From positions 2,046,072-2,110,071 of the forward strand of contig NC_134034.1 in assembly GCF_964204645.1 (NCBI RefSeq): a stretch of 64,000 bases of DNA, in the 5' to 3' direction. Position 1 is the stretch's first letter; every line of letters starts with the position of its first letter. Below are positions 14,611-27,700 of the stretch, one piece after another. The notes under the pieces were generated by a model. It was not told where the DNA came from and made no database searches. It saw nothing but the letters and a program-made list of their open reading frames with translations. A program made the position numbers and the translations under genes. The DNA is from Tubulanus polymorphus. Lineage: Eukaryota; Animalia; Nemertea.

Positions 14611-17600
14611 ATCATTTACGAAAACGATAAGGACCGGCTTTCGAGTGGAAAATCTGGGATTCGAACCCACTATTTGACAGTTGTATGGTGGCGCTGAAGC
14701 GGCAGAGTAAACACGCACGGTAACGCTTGCACTTGCAGTGGTGTAATTGGATTACGGTTCTTAATTAGTGCGTCTTAATTAGTCATCTTAGCCCGGATTT
14801 TAACAGCGAGGATTTATTAACTACTGGGACAGAATGTGGTGAGTATTCTATATGCAAAATTGATAAATAAACGGTCATTTTGGTCAACAACAACGAACAA
14901 GGTCAAGTCCAAAAAGCAAGAAAGAAATAAGTCCAAAAAGCAAGAAAGAAATAAATACACATTTTACTTTTTAGTCACCAAAATTTCACAGTTACGAGCC
15001 GAGTTTGTATTCAGGCATGTGTTTAAGGGTGAAACTATAAGAGTGTGTGGTAGTCGTCACAGTTTGTATGGATGTGAATATTTTTCAAACTGAGTTCATC
15101 GTAGTAGATGATTATTAAACGCTATAGTATAAGAAAGTTAGGCAGTAATGAGTAAAGCCCTAATCATCTGTTCAAAATCAATCGTATTCACAGCAGTCGC
15201 GTGAAGAAACACTAGTGTTTTAAGGGTGAAACTAAGAGCGTTTGAAAGTCGCCACTGTTCGGTCACAGTTTGTATTGATGCGAATATTCTTCAGACCGAG
15301 TTCACTGTATTTTAGTTACTTACCAAATCATTGGTGGTTTAGCTTTTATAATTGGATGGGCTTATACCTGTATACCAGCAATTTAGATTATAGATAAAAT
15401 CTGTGGTAAGGAATTCATTAGCCTATGTGGTTTGGGAAAATATCCGATCGCGAAACTAAACCACAGACAAGTTACTGACTAATCAAAGAGTTTAAAATCA
15501 GGCTTCTACAGATAAGGTTGATCTTGGCGGGCCGCACTTTTACAAAACATTTCACTTTCATAAAAAAAAGTGGCACTTTCATGAAAATCAAATCCCCCAA
15601 AGAAATAGCTGGCTATGGGCCTGCGTGATACACCACCAGTGAGGCAATCGACTCAGCTCAATTATCTTGAGGCAAGGTAAATTGAGGCATAAGTAGCACC
15701 AACAATTAGGTAGGCATAGGTAAATTAGGGAAGGGGTATAAGCCAGTTGCTCAAAAGTTGGTTAAAGATAACCAGTCCATAGATCCCATAGTAACAATGA
15801 ACTTGAAATTCTCACTACGTCAACTATCCACTGGTTAACTCTAACCAACCTTTGAGCAACTACAGCCCGTTATTAGCCAGTAGGCTAAACTCTTTCAGTG
15901 CATCTACACCGCAGTGCGGTGTATAAATTAATGATAGATTTTGCTAGTACACTGCAATGCGGTGTATTGATGTAATTAGTAATTAGTAATTATCTCTCTT
16001 GAAAAATGGCAGCACGTGTCAAACATAGTGAAATACTAGTAACTAACGATACACCGCATCGCGGTGTAGACGCACTATAGTGATATTCCCGTTATTCAAC
16101 ACACTAGGGTGGAATTTTTTAGAATTTTCAAATTATCTCCAGCACTCTAGGGTATTGATTAGTCAGCACTGAACGGGTTAAGGTGTTCTATGACTAAGAT
16201 GAGAAGAGATTTTGCTACTCTCAGTAATTACGGAGGTAACTATCTATCTGACCTCACGGAAGGGTTATAAAACTGATGTTGTATCTGCTCATTCAAGGTT
16301 TATTGATTTACTACTATTAGTTACACGACGCACGGATAGCAGACCTACATAAAGTGCTCTCCGGCTGATTGTCAATAATGGATTACCTGAGCAGGTGAAA
16401 TCATTAATGCTTTCTTAGCTAGGTCTATACCACTCTCGGAACTTACATTTACAAGTCCCATTTTTAAGATAAGCCCCCTTCCCCCCAAAAAAAAAAATTT
16501 CAAGTTTTTAAAAATTTCAATGGCCATGCAATTTGAGACTAGGAAAACAAAGTAGACCTAATCGATATGCTGTATTGAGCTCAGGCCTAGCGTATGTCCA
16601 GATCTAAAAGCCAGATGTAAAAGCCCCCCCCCCCCCTAAAAGCCAGTCTTGGTTCTACAACTGATCTACATGGGCGAGTGCCATAAGTCAGGACTTACAA
16701 TTAGTCTAAGACCATCTTAGTCGTATAGCCAATTTAACAACGTAAGACCAATCGTAAAGTTCATGACCACATTTGGAGTTAACCGGTGGCCGATGTCCCA
16801 GTTCTATGGAATCGGCCTCAGATGCCTTATGCCCTTTTTTCTAGTCATAAATCATTTGACTTCCAACAAAATATACTAAAAGATGCATTCGTGCTAAGTC
16901 ATTTTACCCTTTCAAAAGGAACTGCTCTCGTAAAGCTTGTGGGATGCCCCCCTGTATTCATAGATGCGTTGAGATGGTCCCTGCTGTGATGATGTTGTTG
17001 TCAGATTCGTTAATTAGATTCATATCGATATCAATTCATCTGCTTAATTCAACGATAGATAATGAGCCTTGCTGAGCCGTGTATGCTACTGACCGTACCT
17101 GGCTTCCATTCATAAAACTGCCACACGCAGGCAACAACACAAAGACCTGTCTAATGATTTTCCCTTTCCCAATGGGCTCTCAAAAGTTGGACTCTGAGTA
17201 GAGATCTGGCTGCTTAGACCCTCAGATCTTGTCCCTACGGTCTAAGTCCATTAAGCTTCTAGAAAAGAACGTTGCAACCGGTCTATTATTTAAGTCCGGG
17301 CGGGTTTGGACTCGATTTGGTATGATATAAACAAGTTTGAGCGGACTGTGTCTCTCCTTTATTTGTAATGAAGCTATTTCTATGTTGATGATGAATGTGA
17401 TGTATTTGTATAGCGGTATTTAAACACCTGTGTGTATGCCATCCTGGCTGTATGAGCCTGCAATCATCCACCCAATAGAACTGCTATGTTTAATTTAATA
17501 ATGTTTACTTCGTGATATTGTTATTGTTATGGAAGCTACAGTTACCATTGTACCGCCGATGCATTGCTTTCAATACAGATTCAATTCTAAAATTCATTCG

Positions 17601-18738
17601 AATCCAGGCTTGTCATTCAGGACCCAGGTTGGTATTAGGCCTACTTGCGATCCACCTCTTTAGCCGTCTGACATTGCGGGGGAAACCTTATTGTTTTCAC
17701 CTTTAATTAAACTGTGCCGATGTTTTGATGTGTCTGGGGGTGTCACTTGCGCACGTTGATCACAACTCTACTACTGCCTACTATGCATGAAAGTGCGAAA
17801 AACAAAATCGCTTCGCGGGGAATTTGTCAAATTTAATCAGTGATAGTATCGGCATTCAGAATATTTTATCTAAATCATCGGTACTAGTCTTTGTACATTC
17901 TTCTGTACAGTGTCAACTCGAGTACTTTCAAAAATTTTGTAATGTGTTAGGAATTTGAAAAATACCCGGATCCCCATTTTTAAAACATTCCTCAGGGTGG
18001 CGCCACTTACCCGGAAATCAGGATTTTCTTCTCTTTAAAACAGTCAGGGAATTGTCGGGGAATATTGTAGAATAAGCTAAAAATCAGAGAAATTTGTTGA
18101 GATTGCTAGATTGTTTAACTGTGTTAATTATTAAAAGTGTTCCCGAGTCAAACACAGAGAACTGGAATTGGGTCCGATAGATCGTGGTTTAGTTTCACTC
18201 CATAGAATTGGAATAAATTCATTTTTAACGTTTTAATTATTCAACGGTGTGAGAATTTCACCTCAAAATCAAATTAAACACGCATAAAGACTAGCGCGGC
18301 CTGCACTGAGTTTAGCTGACTAAACCTCACCTCTGAGTTTCTGTATAATGAACAAAAGGATCAATGACATTTTTTTTTTATTGAAAGTGAATGCGTTTGT
18401 TGTTGCACTTTCTGTGAACCCTCATTTCTTCACTGTAATAATTTATCTCACATTATAAACACTTTTATTCTTCAGTATAAGTCTAGGCCTATGTAAAGTG
18501 CACTGGTATTTTACCAGCAATGATAGTTTCTAATTGTAGGCCCTATGTTTAGGTGAAATGTGCTCTTTTTTGTTCGAGATTCAGTTTCTGAATATTTTTC
18601 AGATACGCGTGTAATTCATCGAAAATTTCAACGATCGACTAGAATTATGTAGCCAGTTTTCCCAGCTCGCTCGTCTGTCCGTCTGTGATATTATGTCTCC
18701 ATTCCGTCCATTGTGAAGAGTTTCAACACGAAATAACG

Positions 18739-21700
18739 ATGCCTTCTACGAGCAAGAGCCCCTCCCACCACCACCACCATCAGAACCAATCAGGAGACAG
18801 GTATGTGTAATAGCCCCTCCCACCACCACCATCAGAACCAATGAGAAGGCGGGTATGCGTATGAAATAGCCCTCTCAGAACTGGAACCGGGGGCTGAATT
18901 TCAAATTTTTTTTGAATTTGTTTCTTGCGGCAGCGATGCCGCCATTGGCCATCTTTTGAAACAGAAATTTCCTCTTATCAGGGTCCAGTCTAAATTTTGG
19001 GGGTTTAGTTAATAGACTGAAGAATTTAACCGAAAGAAAAGGCTATAAAACTAAGATGGACTTATACTGGTCTTAAATTTAACCACAAATTTTGGATCGT
19101 GAATTTTTATATTTTTTCAGTGAGTTCGGGGATTTGTTAAAACTGATCAGTTTAATCAGCGCACCTGTCGACTGTTCACAGCAGCAGCAGCTACCGTCCA
19201 TTCATCTCACGCAGCTTCCAGCCGCCAGTCGGCACCAGAAATCGTTCCAGTGGCCCGTACCGCAGCCGAAATCCGTAACGCAGTCCGGTCCGGCGACCGA
19301 GGCGTCCGCTCTGGAACGGTTCAGCGTGCGTTACCACGGCGACCGTCAGCTGTCGGCGAATGTCAATCACAAACATCTGAAAGAGTTGTTCATCGCGTTG
19401 ATAAAACATCGTCTCAGCAACCAGTGAGTATCAGTCACCCTATGATATCATCAAAATTTCCTTCATTTCCGATATATAGGTTTTTCAGAAAAGATGGCTG
19501 CCTCCATAAATCCCCCTATGACATCATCGAATTGATTCATGGACTGATGACTTTATCTATAAATCCCCCTATGACATCATCAGTTTGTCTACTAGACCCT
19601 TCTATAAAAGATAGCTGCCTCAATAAGTCCACCTATGACATCATCAAATAACCTACACTAGTGATTTGATCTATAGACACTTCTTATTAAGATAGCTTCC
19701 TCCGTAAATCCACCTATGACATCATCACTTTATCGTCTCATCGGACTGACGTTTATGTATGTTTTCAGTGATTGGATAGAATTGGCTCCGTCTGAGAATA
19801 TTCTACGCGTTCTCGTTTGTTTGCGTATATATCTACGAGATAAATTCTACCAGACGCAATTCTACGACCTGTCGGCCGTTAGAATCCTAGCTCAGGTACT
19901 ACTACTAAACGCATGTCTAATAGATCTTAGGAAGAGAGTTCAAGTATCTGAATAACCATAGAAGCGATAACACTAAAAACCTCATTTTCTAATCAGTAAA
20001 TACAGTTTATTGACACGAACGTTTTCGGGATCATATCCCCTCATCAGGTGAAATACAAGTGAATCAAATGATTAAACTACAGGACCCAGTTCCACAGTTG
20101 TGAGTTAGAGTTAACTCTGAGTTAAAGTTAGTTCATTTTCAAAGATTTAACTCAGAGTTAAATCTTAACTCGGAACTGTGGAACTGGGCCCAGGTTTATA
20201 TACAACATAAGTTACAAAATTACAAGCGCTAAATTCTAAGCTAATTACAAACCAAGTATTTATTTACAAGCTAATTATTTGAATACATTTAGGATAAAGG
20301 ATGAGCCGTTTTGAAATAATTGTTGATTTAAAGAGGGTTGTTGCGCTTTGATAAAGAGGGTCTCCCTAATAAACTGTATTTGCTCATTAGAAAATGAGGT
20401 TTTTAGTGTAATCGCTTGTATGGTTTTTCGGATACTTGTGTAATATTCCTGATCGGTTGCAAGCGATTTGTTTCGATTTGCATGTAATAACATTTCGCTC
20501 TTTCTTTTTTTCGCGCGCGCTTCGCAGCACCTCCAGAAAGCCACCGATAGTTACTTGTTCTACGGCGACGGAGCGTACGTCCTCGACATTCTTAAAGAGA
20601 TGACCAGTAAGTCGGGAAAAAAAGTCGAGAAAAAAACCCGAAAATTCCTCGGAAATCGCTCAGGGAATTTCGTGCTATTTCATGGACAAATTCAGGGATT
20701 TTGTAAATTGGTGGGAAGTGGTCGACTAGCCAACACTGTGAAAGCTCGATCCTTTCAGGCTCTGAGTACATAAGATATATTCCTGAGCGTTTGTTAGCAG
20801 CTCGGTGTTACTTCTCCCCAGGGAGAGATGACTGAGTATAAAATTGGCCGGGGTAATAATACCGAAAAATGTAAAGCGCTCTGAGCAGCCTGGCTTGATT
20901 TAGCGCTATATAAGAAACATATTATTATTATTATTATTATTATTATAATTATTATTATATTTTTGAAATGTTGTTGTTTTTTTGTACGTAGATATATTCC
21001 AGAAGATCTCATGTATAGTCGATCAGCGTGACTGGGTGATCGCTAGCGGCGCTCACAAGTCATTAGTGTTACTGCTGTCTGCGAACGACGTCATCGTTTT
21101 ACACTGTACTTTACACGCGCTGAGCAGCCTCGCTCAAAGGTTAGTCAATTCAGTAGTCATTTAGTCATTTCACTTTTCATTAAGTCAAGAAGTCATTCCA
21201 GTAGTCGTTAAGTCATTTCAGTAGTGATTTTGTTGATAGACAGCTTTGGCCAACTTCGGTTTTTCTGAGTTAGTCGACCATAGTCAAACTAAGTCAAACC
21301 GGATGCCAGTCATTCGGAATTATATTCCGAAAATAGTTCGGAAATTGAGCCAATTCGGTTATTAGTTCCGACCACTAGTCGACTAGATACGAAAACCGAA
21401 TTCGGCCCTTCAAGCTAGCTTTCAGTCGGTGTTTTTTATCGCTGGTCCAGCTAGCCGTAACACGGTTGATCAGTAACGCTGTAAGGTTAAATGATTGTTG
21501 TTACTGTTTTACAGTAAACAGCCGCGAATTCAGATCGGAGAATTGAACTCAGTCGAATCGCTGCTCAGAATAATGCAAGACTACGACAACGTCTCGAAAA
21601 AGTGAGTACGCCAGAAGTTCAGCGACCCGCTGAATGTTTGTTACAGTTAACCATCAGATAATCACCAATGCGCGATTTTAATTGTCCGCATGTCAATTAT

Positions 21701-24700
21701 CATCTTTTACCAACTTTTAACCCTTTCAGTGCGTCTACACTGCAGTGCGGTGTATGAATCAGTGATGAACTTTGCTAGTACACCGCACTGCGGGGTAACC
21801 AACTTTAAACCCTTTCAGTGCGTCTACACTGCAGTGCGGTGTATGAATCGGTGATGAACTTTGCTAGTACACCGCACTGCGGGGTAAATATCTCTATTGA
21901 GAGATGGCAGCACCTGTCAAACACAGTGAAATATCAGTGACTAGTGATACATCGCACCGCGGTGTATACGCACTATAGTGGTATTCCCGATATTCAAAAC
22001 ACGGGTGGATTTTTTTTTATAAACTTTCAAATGATCTTATGCACTTTAGGGTATTGATAAGTCAGTGGTAAAAAGTTTGAATTGTTATACTTGTTGAAAA
22101 CATGAACTAACCAATCGTCGATAAAAGAATTTTGGTAAATTTTTCTCATTAATCTGGACCCTGATTATTTTTATGAATTTCTTCAGACTCGCCGGTAATT
22201 TGTTGCGAATCCTGTGCGCCGACAGTCAACCGCGCGAGCTCGTCAAAATCTACGACGGTATACCGTTACTGCTGAGTTTGTTGCATAGCGACAACGTAAA
22301 ATTGTTGTGGAATGTTGTTTGGTGTATCGTGCAGTTAGCCGAGGATCAAGACGCCAGCAACGACATCCGCAACATGGGTGGAATTCCACTTTTACTTGCT
22401 TTACTACAGTGAGTTTTTGCGACGACTATTGGTCAAAATTGAAATTTTTCCACTTTTGATACAGTATTTTCTTTGGTTGTGGTTTCAGTGACCGTCCATT
22501 CAACAATGCCGACCAGTTGAACCCGGCGACCAGTGCTTCCGCCGTTCAAAGTCGTCTACCCTCGTCCAATAGCTCTCATTTCAATCCCGGTGTAAACAGC
22601 CAATCAGAAGAGGTAATTTTATAGCTAGCCAATGAGAAGTGGTATTATCGTACCATTAGTATACAAGCCAATCAGGCGGCATTATTTTCCAATTTATGAA
22701 TATCATTGGTAATTGAGCCAATCAGGAGAGGTTATTTTTAAATTTTATGAATATCATTAGTCTATGAGCCAATCAGAGACGTTTGTTTTTCATTTTGCGA
22801 ATAGCATTAGTTTATTAGCCAATCGGGATGTGTTATTTTTGAATCATAAGTTCAATGGCCAATCAAATCACGCTTGTGGGAAATCTATTGAAATCTAGGA
22901 ACCGGAAACTACGGTTGAAAAGTTTAAAAAACGCAAACGAAAATCAAAGGTGAGCGAAGAAATTATATGATCACAATTGACCGCTTGACTTAAAACGCGA
23001 GATGTAAAAGTGTCTGTTAACTTTATAACACTTAATGATTAGTTTAAGAAGTATTTAAGTCGTTAAACCTAACATCCTTATCGTGTCGTGAACAGCTGAA
23101 TTTATCAGTAATAATCTCTAATTCTTTCCATTATGACATCATCATACGCTCTGTATTTATATCCATTATGTAATACGTGCATAGATTTCATCATTTTCTG
23201 TGTCAAATCTGTACAAAAAATGCGTATATTATCTTATTATCTTGTGGAGACTTATTTGATATAGAAAAAATTAAACCTATTTCAACCGGTACTGAACCGA
23301 CTAACGGATTAACTTTGTACTGAACTCACTTAGACCTGACTGCCCATAAACTTAATGATGTCATTGGGGGATTTATGGAGGTAGCCATCTATTACTGCTT
23401 ACTAAAAACTCATCGATCGAGGACATGGCTCCACAGTTCTGGTATTTGAAGCGTCACTCTTAAAGTTGAATTTCAATACCCAATATTGAAACTCTGAACT
23501 TACTACTTTGGAGCTTGGTTCAGTTTTTTTTTTGGTCTCAGAAAAGCGTCCCTGGACATCGTAAGAGAAAAGGAGATTTTAGCAATATTCTAAGGGCGGC
23601 GATAATTTGCAAAAAACTCCGAGATATTATAAAAAATAATGTATTCTAGGACAATTCCCCCCTGCCCGAAGTAAATTTTGACCCTTAAGTAGCACAGATA
23701 CTAACTGCTGATAAATTAGACTAACTTAGAACTAACTAAATTTAGACTAGCTAATTAACTTTAGCTAAATACTCTATTGAACCCTAAAATTCATTCCAAT
23801 AAATTAGTCACTAATAAGTGGACTAACTAAGTTTCCTTTGATTTCGTAAGTGGATAATAATAAATGTAATAGTAGAAAATAAAAAATGATAATGATAATA
23901 ATAATAATAATGATATGATTCAATAAGAAAAAGAATTTTGCGACATCAAGATAAAAACCCACTATGTAGAAATTAAAGTAATTTTGAAATCGAGGATTTA
24001 TTTATTAGAAAAAAAATATAAGATATAAAATACACGACGTTTCGATCAGATTGAAACGTCGTGTATTTTACATATTTTTAATAAATAAATTCTCGATTTT
24101 GAAATCACTTTAATTTCTACGTAGTGGGTTTTTATCCTGTTATCCGTTCGCCTCGATTCGGGTGAAAAATTAAAAATTTCTTTTTACGTCGTTTTAATTC
24201 AGAGCGGAGACGATTTCGAGCATGTTTACTCGTTGAAGTCGGCAGTTTGCGCCGCGTTGACCGAACTCGTACTGAACGACACTAACGCTCAGCAGATCGT
24301 ACAGACCAACGGAATATTCTCGATCGGACGCCTGATTTTACCGCACGACAAAATATCGGATAGAAAATCGACGGAAACTCTACAGGTCGGTAGATCGTTG
24401 TGAAAGTTAAAGTTGTGAGAATCGGGCGTAAAGGGCGGCGGGGTTGTTAGAATTAGGGATCGTTTTTCTACTTTTACCCCTCCTCCTAATGTTGACGTAA
24501 TAAATGTATGATCCCTTATGAGAATCGAGGCTGTTATGATTCGGATTAAGGTTGGTAAAAAAATATTTCTCAATCTGAAAAAATTGGTTTCGATCGTAAA
24601 ATTCAATTGAAAATCTGGTCACATTCGTTTTAGCGCAGGGGCTGCAGTTGCTGAAAAAAATTGGTTAAAGAAAACCGGCGGATAAACGCCATAGTAACAA

Positions 24701-27700
24701 TGAACTGTCACTATGTCCACTATCCACTGGTTAACTGAAACCGACTTTTGAGCAACTGCAGCCTCGGGTTTTGTTAGATTCAGTTTAGAATCTCTGGTTA
24801 GATTGGTTTTAGCAGCTGGTGGGTTAGAGTTGACCGATAGGCCCAATTAGAAAGTCGGTTATTTTCAATAATTTTAACTCGAAGCTCAAATTTCGTATTA
24901 TTTTCTCCTTTCAGAAAAATGCATTTCGCGCGTTGAGGTTTCTATTCAGTATGGAACGCAATCGGCAGCTTTTTAAACGTCTGTTCCCGCCGGAGTTGTA
25001 CGAGATGTTCATCGACGTTCGACACTACGTACGAGACCTCGCTAAATATCAACCACTCGTCGATAAAATCAACAAACTGCAGGTCAGTTTACTGACCCTT
25101 TTATTAAAATGGCTGCCTCCATGAAACGCCTATGACATCATCGATTCTACCCATGATTTGATCTACAGACCCTTCTAGACAAGATGTCTGCCTCCATGAA
25201 ACCCCTATGACATCATCGATTCTACCCATGATTTGATCTACAGACCCTTCTAGACAAGATGTCTGCCTCCATGAAACCCCTATGACATCATCAATTTTTC
25301 TACCCAGGATTTGATCTGTTGACACTTCTAGTTAAGATGGCTGTCTCCATGAATCCCCCTATGACATCATCAATTACCTGCTTGTGATTTGATCTATGCC
25401 AGAATTTGACCTGCCAGAATTTGCATAAATTTGCATATGCAAATATAACAAGAATTTGCATACATAAACGTAAAGAGTATTTGCATATTTGAATCAATAG
25501 ATAATTTTCACAGTATTTCATCGATCCTCGTATCCGTTGGAACCCAGTTGTGTAAGCGATATTAAACATTTTCGTTTGTTTCTCATTCTGTCGGTCGCAG
25601 CGTGAAACGATCGCCGAGATCGAGGAGAACATCCTGTCGACGAACCACAATAAATCGCCGACCAAATTCATCGGCGACTACGCCGTGCTGGAGATACTGG
25701 GCAGCGGCGCTTTCGGTACGGTTTATAAAGTGAAGAAAAGGAGCGCCGGGCAATCGTTCCTCGCCATGAAAGAGGTAAGAGAGAGAGGAGGGAGAGACAG
25801 GGAGGGCATGGGGAGAGGGAGAGGGAGAGGGAGGGGGAGGGGGAGATGGAGAGGGAGGGGGAAGGGAAGGAGAGGGAGAGGGAAAGGGAGAGGTAGATGT
25901 AGAGGGAGAGGGAGAGGAAGGGGGAGAAGAAGCAGGAGAGGGAGAGGTAGATGGAGAGGGAGAGGGAGGGGGAGAGGTAGATGTAGAGGGTGGGGGAGAG
26001 GGAGGGGGAGAGGTAGATGTAGAGGGAGGGGGAGAGGGAGGGGGAGAGGGAGAGGGAGAGGGAGAGGGAGGGGGAGGGGGTGGGGGAGAGGGAAAGGGAA
26101 AGGTAGATGTAGAGGGAGAGGGAGGGGGAGGGGGAGAAGAAGCGGGAGAGGGAGAGGTAGATGTAGAGGGAGAGGGAGGGGGAGGGGGAGAGGGAAAGGG
26201 AAAGGGAGATGTAGAGGGAGAGGGAGAGGAAGGGGGAGAAGAAGCAGGAGAGGGAGAGGTAGATGGAGAGGGTTGGGCTGCCCCTTTACAATCTCCTTGT
26301 GACATTATCAAATTGATATAAGACTCTTCCAGAACTAATGGCTTCCCCCATTCATTCCCCCTACGACAGCGGGATATCCTCTCAATCCCCCATTCATTCC
26401 CCCTACGACAGCGGGATATCCTCTCAATCCCCCATTCATTCCCCTACGACAGCGGGATATCCTCTCAATCCCCCATTCATTCCCCCTACGACAGCGGGAT
26501 ATCCTCTCAATCCCCCATTCATTCCCCCTACGACAGCGGGATATCCTCTCAATGATTGTTGTGATGTTGCGTGTTTCTAGTTGAACGTCGCGGTTAGCGG
26601 TAAAACCAGTAAAGAACGAGACTCGAGCATCGGTGAAATGATGAACGAATTAAACATCGTTAAAGAACAGCTGAAACATCCGAACGTCGTTCGCTATCAT
26701 AAAACATTCGTAGAGGGTACGTTATCGATCCCCTTATGACATCATTTACGACATTCTTTAATTACCGAGTTCCAATTTCACGAAAAAGTTTCACTCATAT
26801 TTTTGGTTAAGTCGCTATATTGGTCTACACACGTTAATATCAATGAGGACAACATATCGAACTTAACTGATTTGAGCTTTAAACTTTTTCGTCAATTTGT
26901 ACCCAGGGGTTACTTCCGCTTAATGAATCCCCCTATGACATCATCGAATTACCTACTTACCTAAGTGATTTGATCTATGGACATACCTATGAAAGCTGTT
27001 TTCCTCCATAAATTCACCTGTGACATCATCAAATTGCCAGTCAGTGATTTGATCTATGGAAACTTTTAGAATAGATGTCTTACTCCATTAATCCGCCTTT
27101 GACGTCATCATCATTTTCATTATTCATTTTCATTAGATCATAAGTTGTATATAGTGATGGAGTTGATAGAAGGAGCTCCGCTCGGCGAACATTTCAATTC
27201 GCTGAAAGAGAAAGGCGAAAAATTCCCGGAGCCTCGAGTTTGGAACATATTTATTCAGGTACGACGAGTCTGTCCTAAATCTAAGCCCAAAACCTGGGTC
27301 CGGTCGCACAATCACAGCTTATATTTAACCCTGTAAAGGTTTTGGGTTTATGTTTACATCTGATACAAGATAAGCTCGAAAATAAGCTAGTTTGAATGAT
27401 ATATATTTTCTTTCTTAAAACAGATGGTTTTGGCTTTGCGTTATTTGCACAAAGATAAAGGAATTTTACACCGCGATTTGACGCCGAATAACATCATGTT
27501 AGGAGAAGGAGACCGTGTTACAATCAGTTAGTTATAGATTTCGCAACTTAGATGAAAAACGGCATTTAGAGAAGTTTAATGGATTTTATTTATTCGTTTT
27601 TTTCACGCAGCTGATTTTGGGCTGGCGAAACAGAAACGCAAAGACTCCAGTAAAATGACTTCGGTTGTCGGTACTATGCTTTATAATTGGTAAGTGTGAC

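Noticed and set aside
25583-26311. RG-rich (+) and PS-rich (-) long ORFs
   Set aside because: Translation of an intronic GA tract after the NEK10 donor at 25775.
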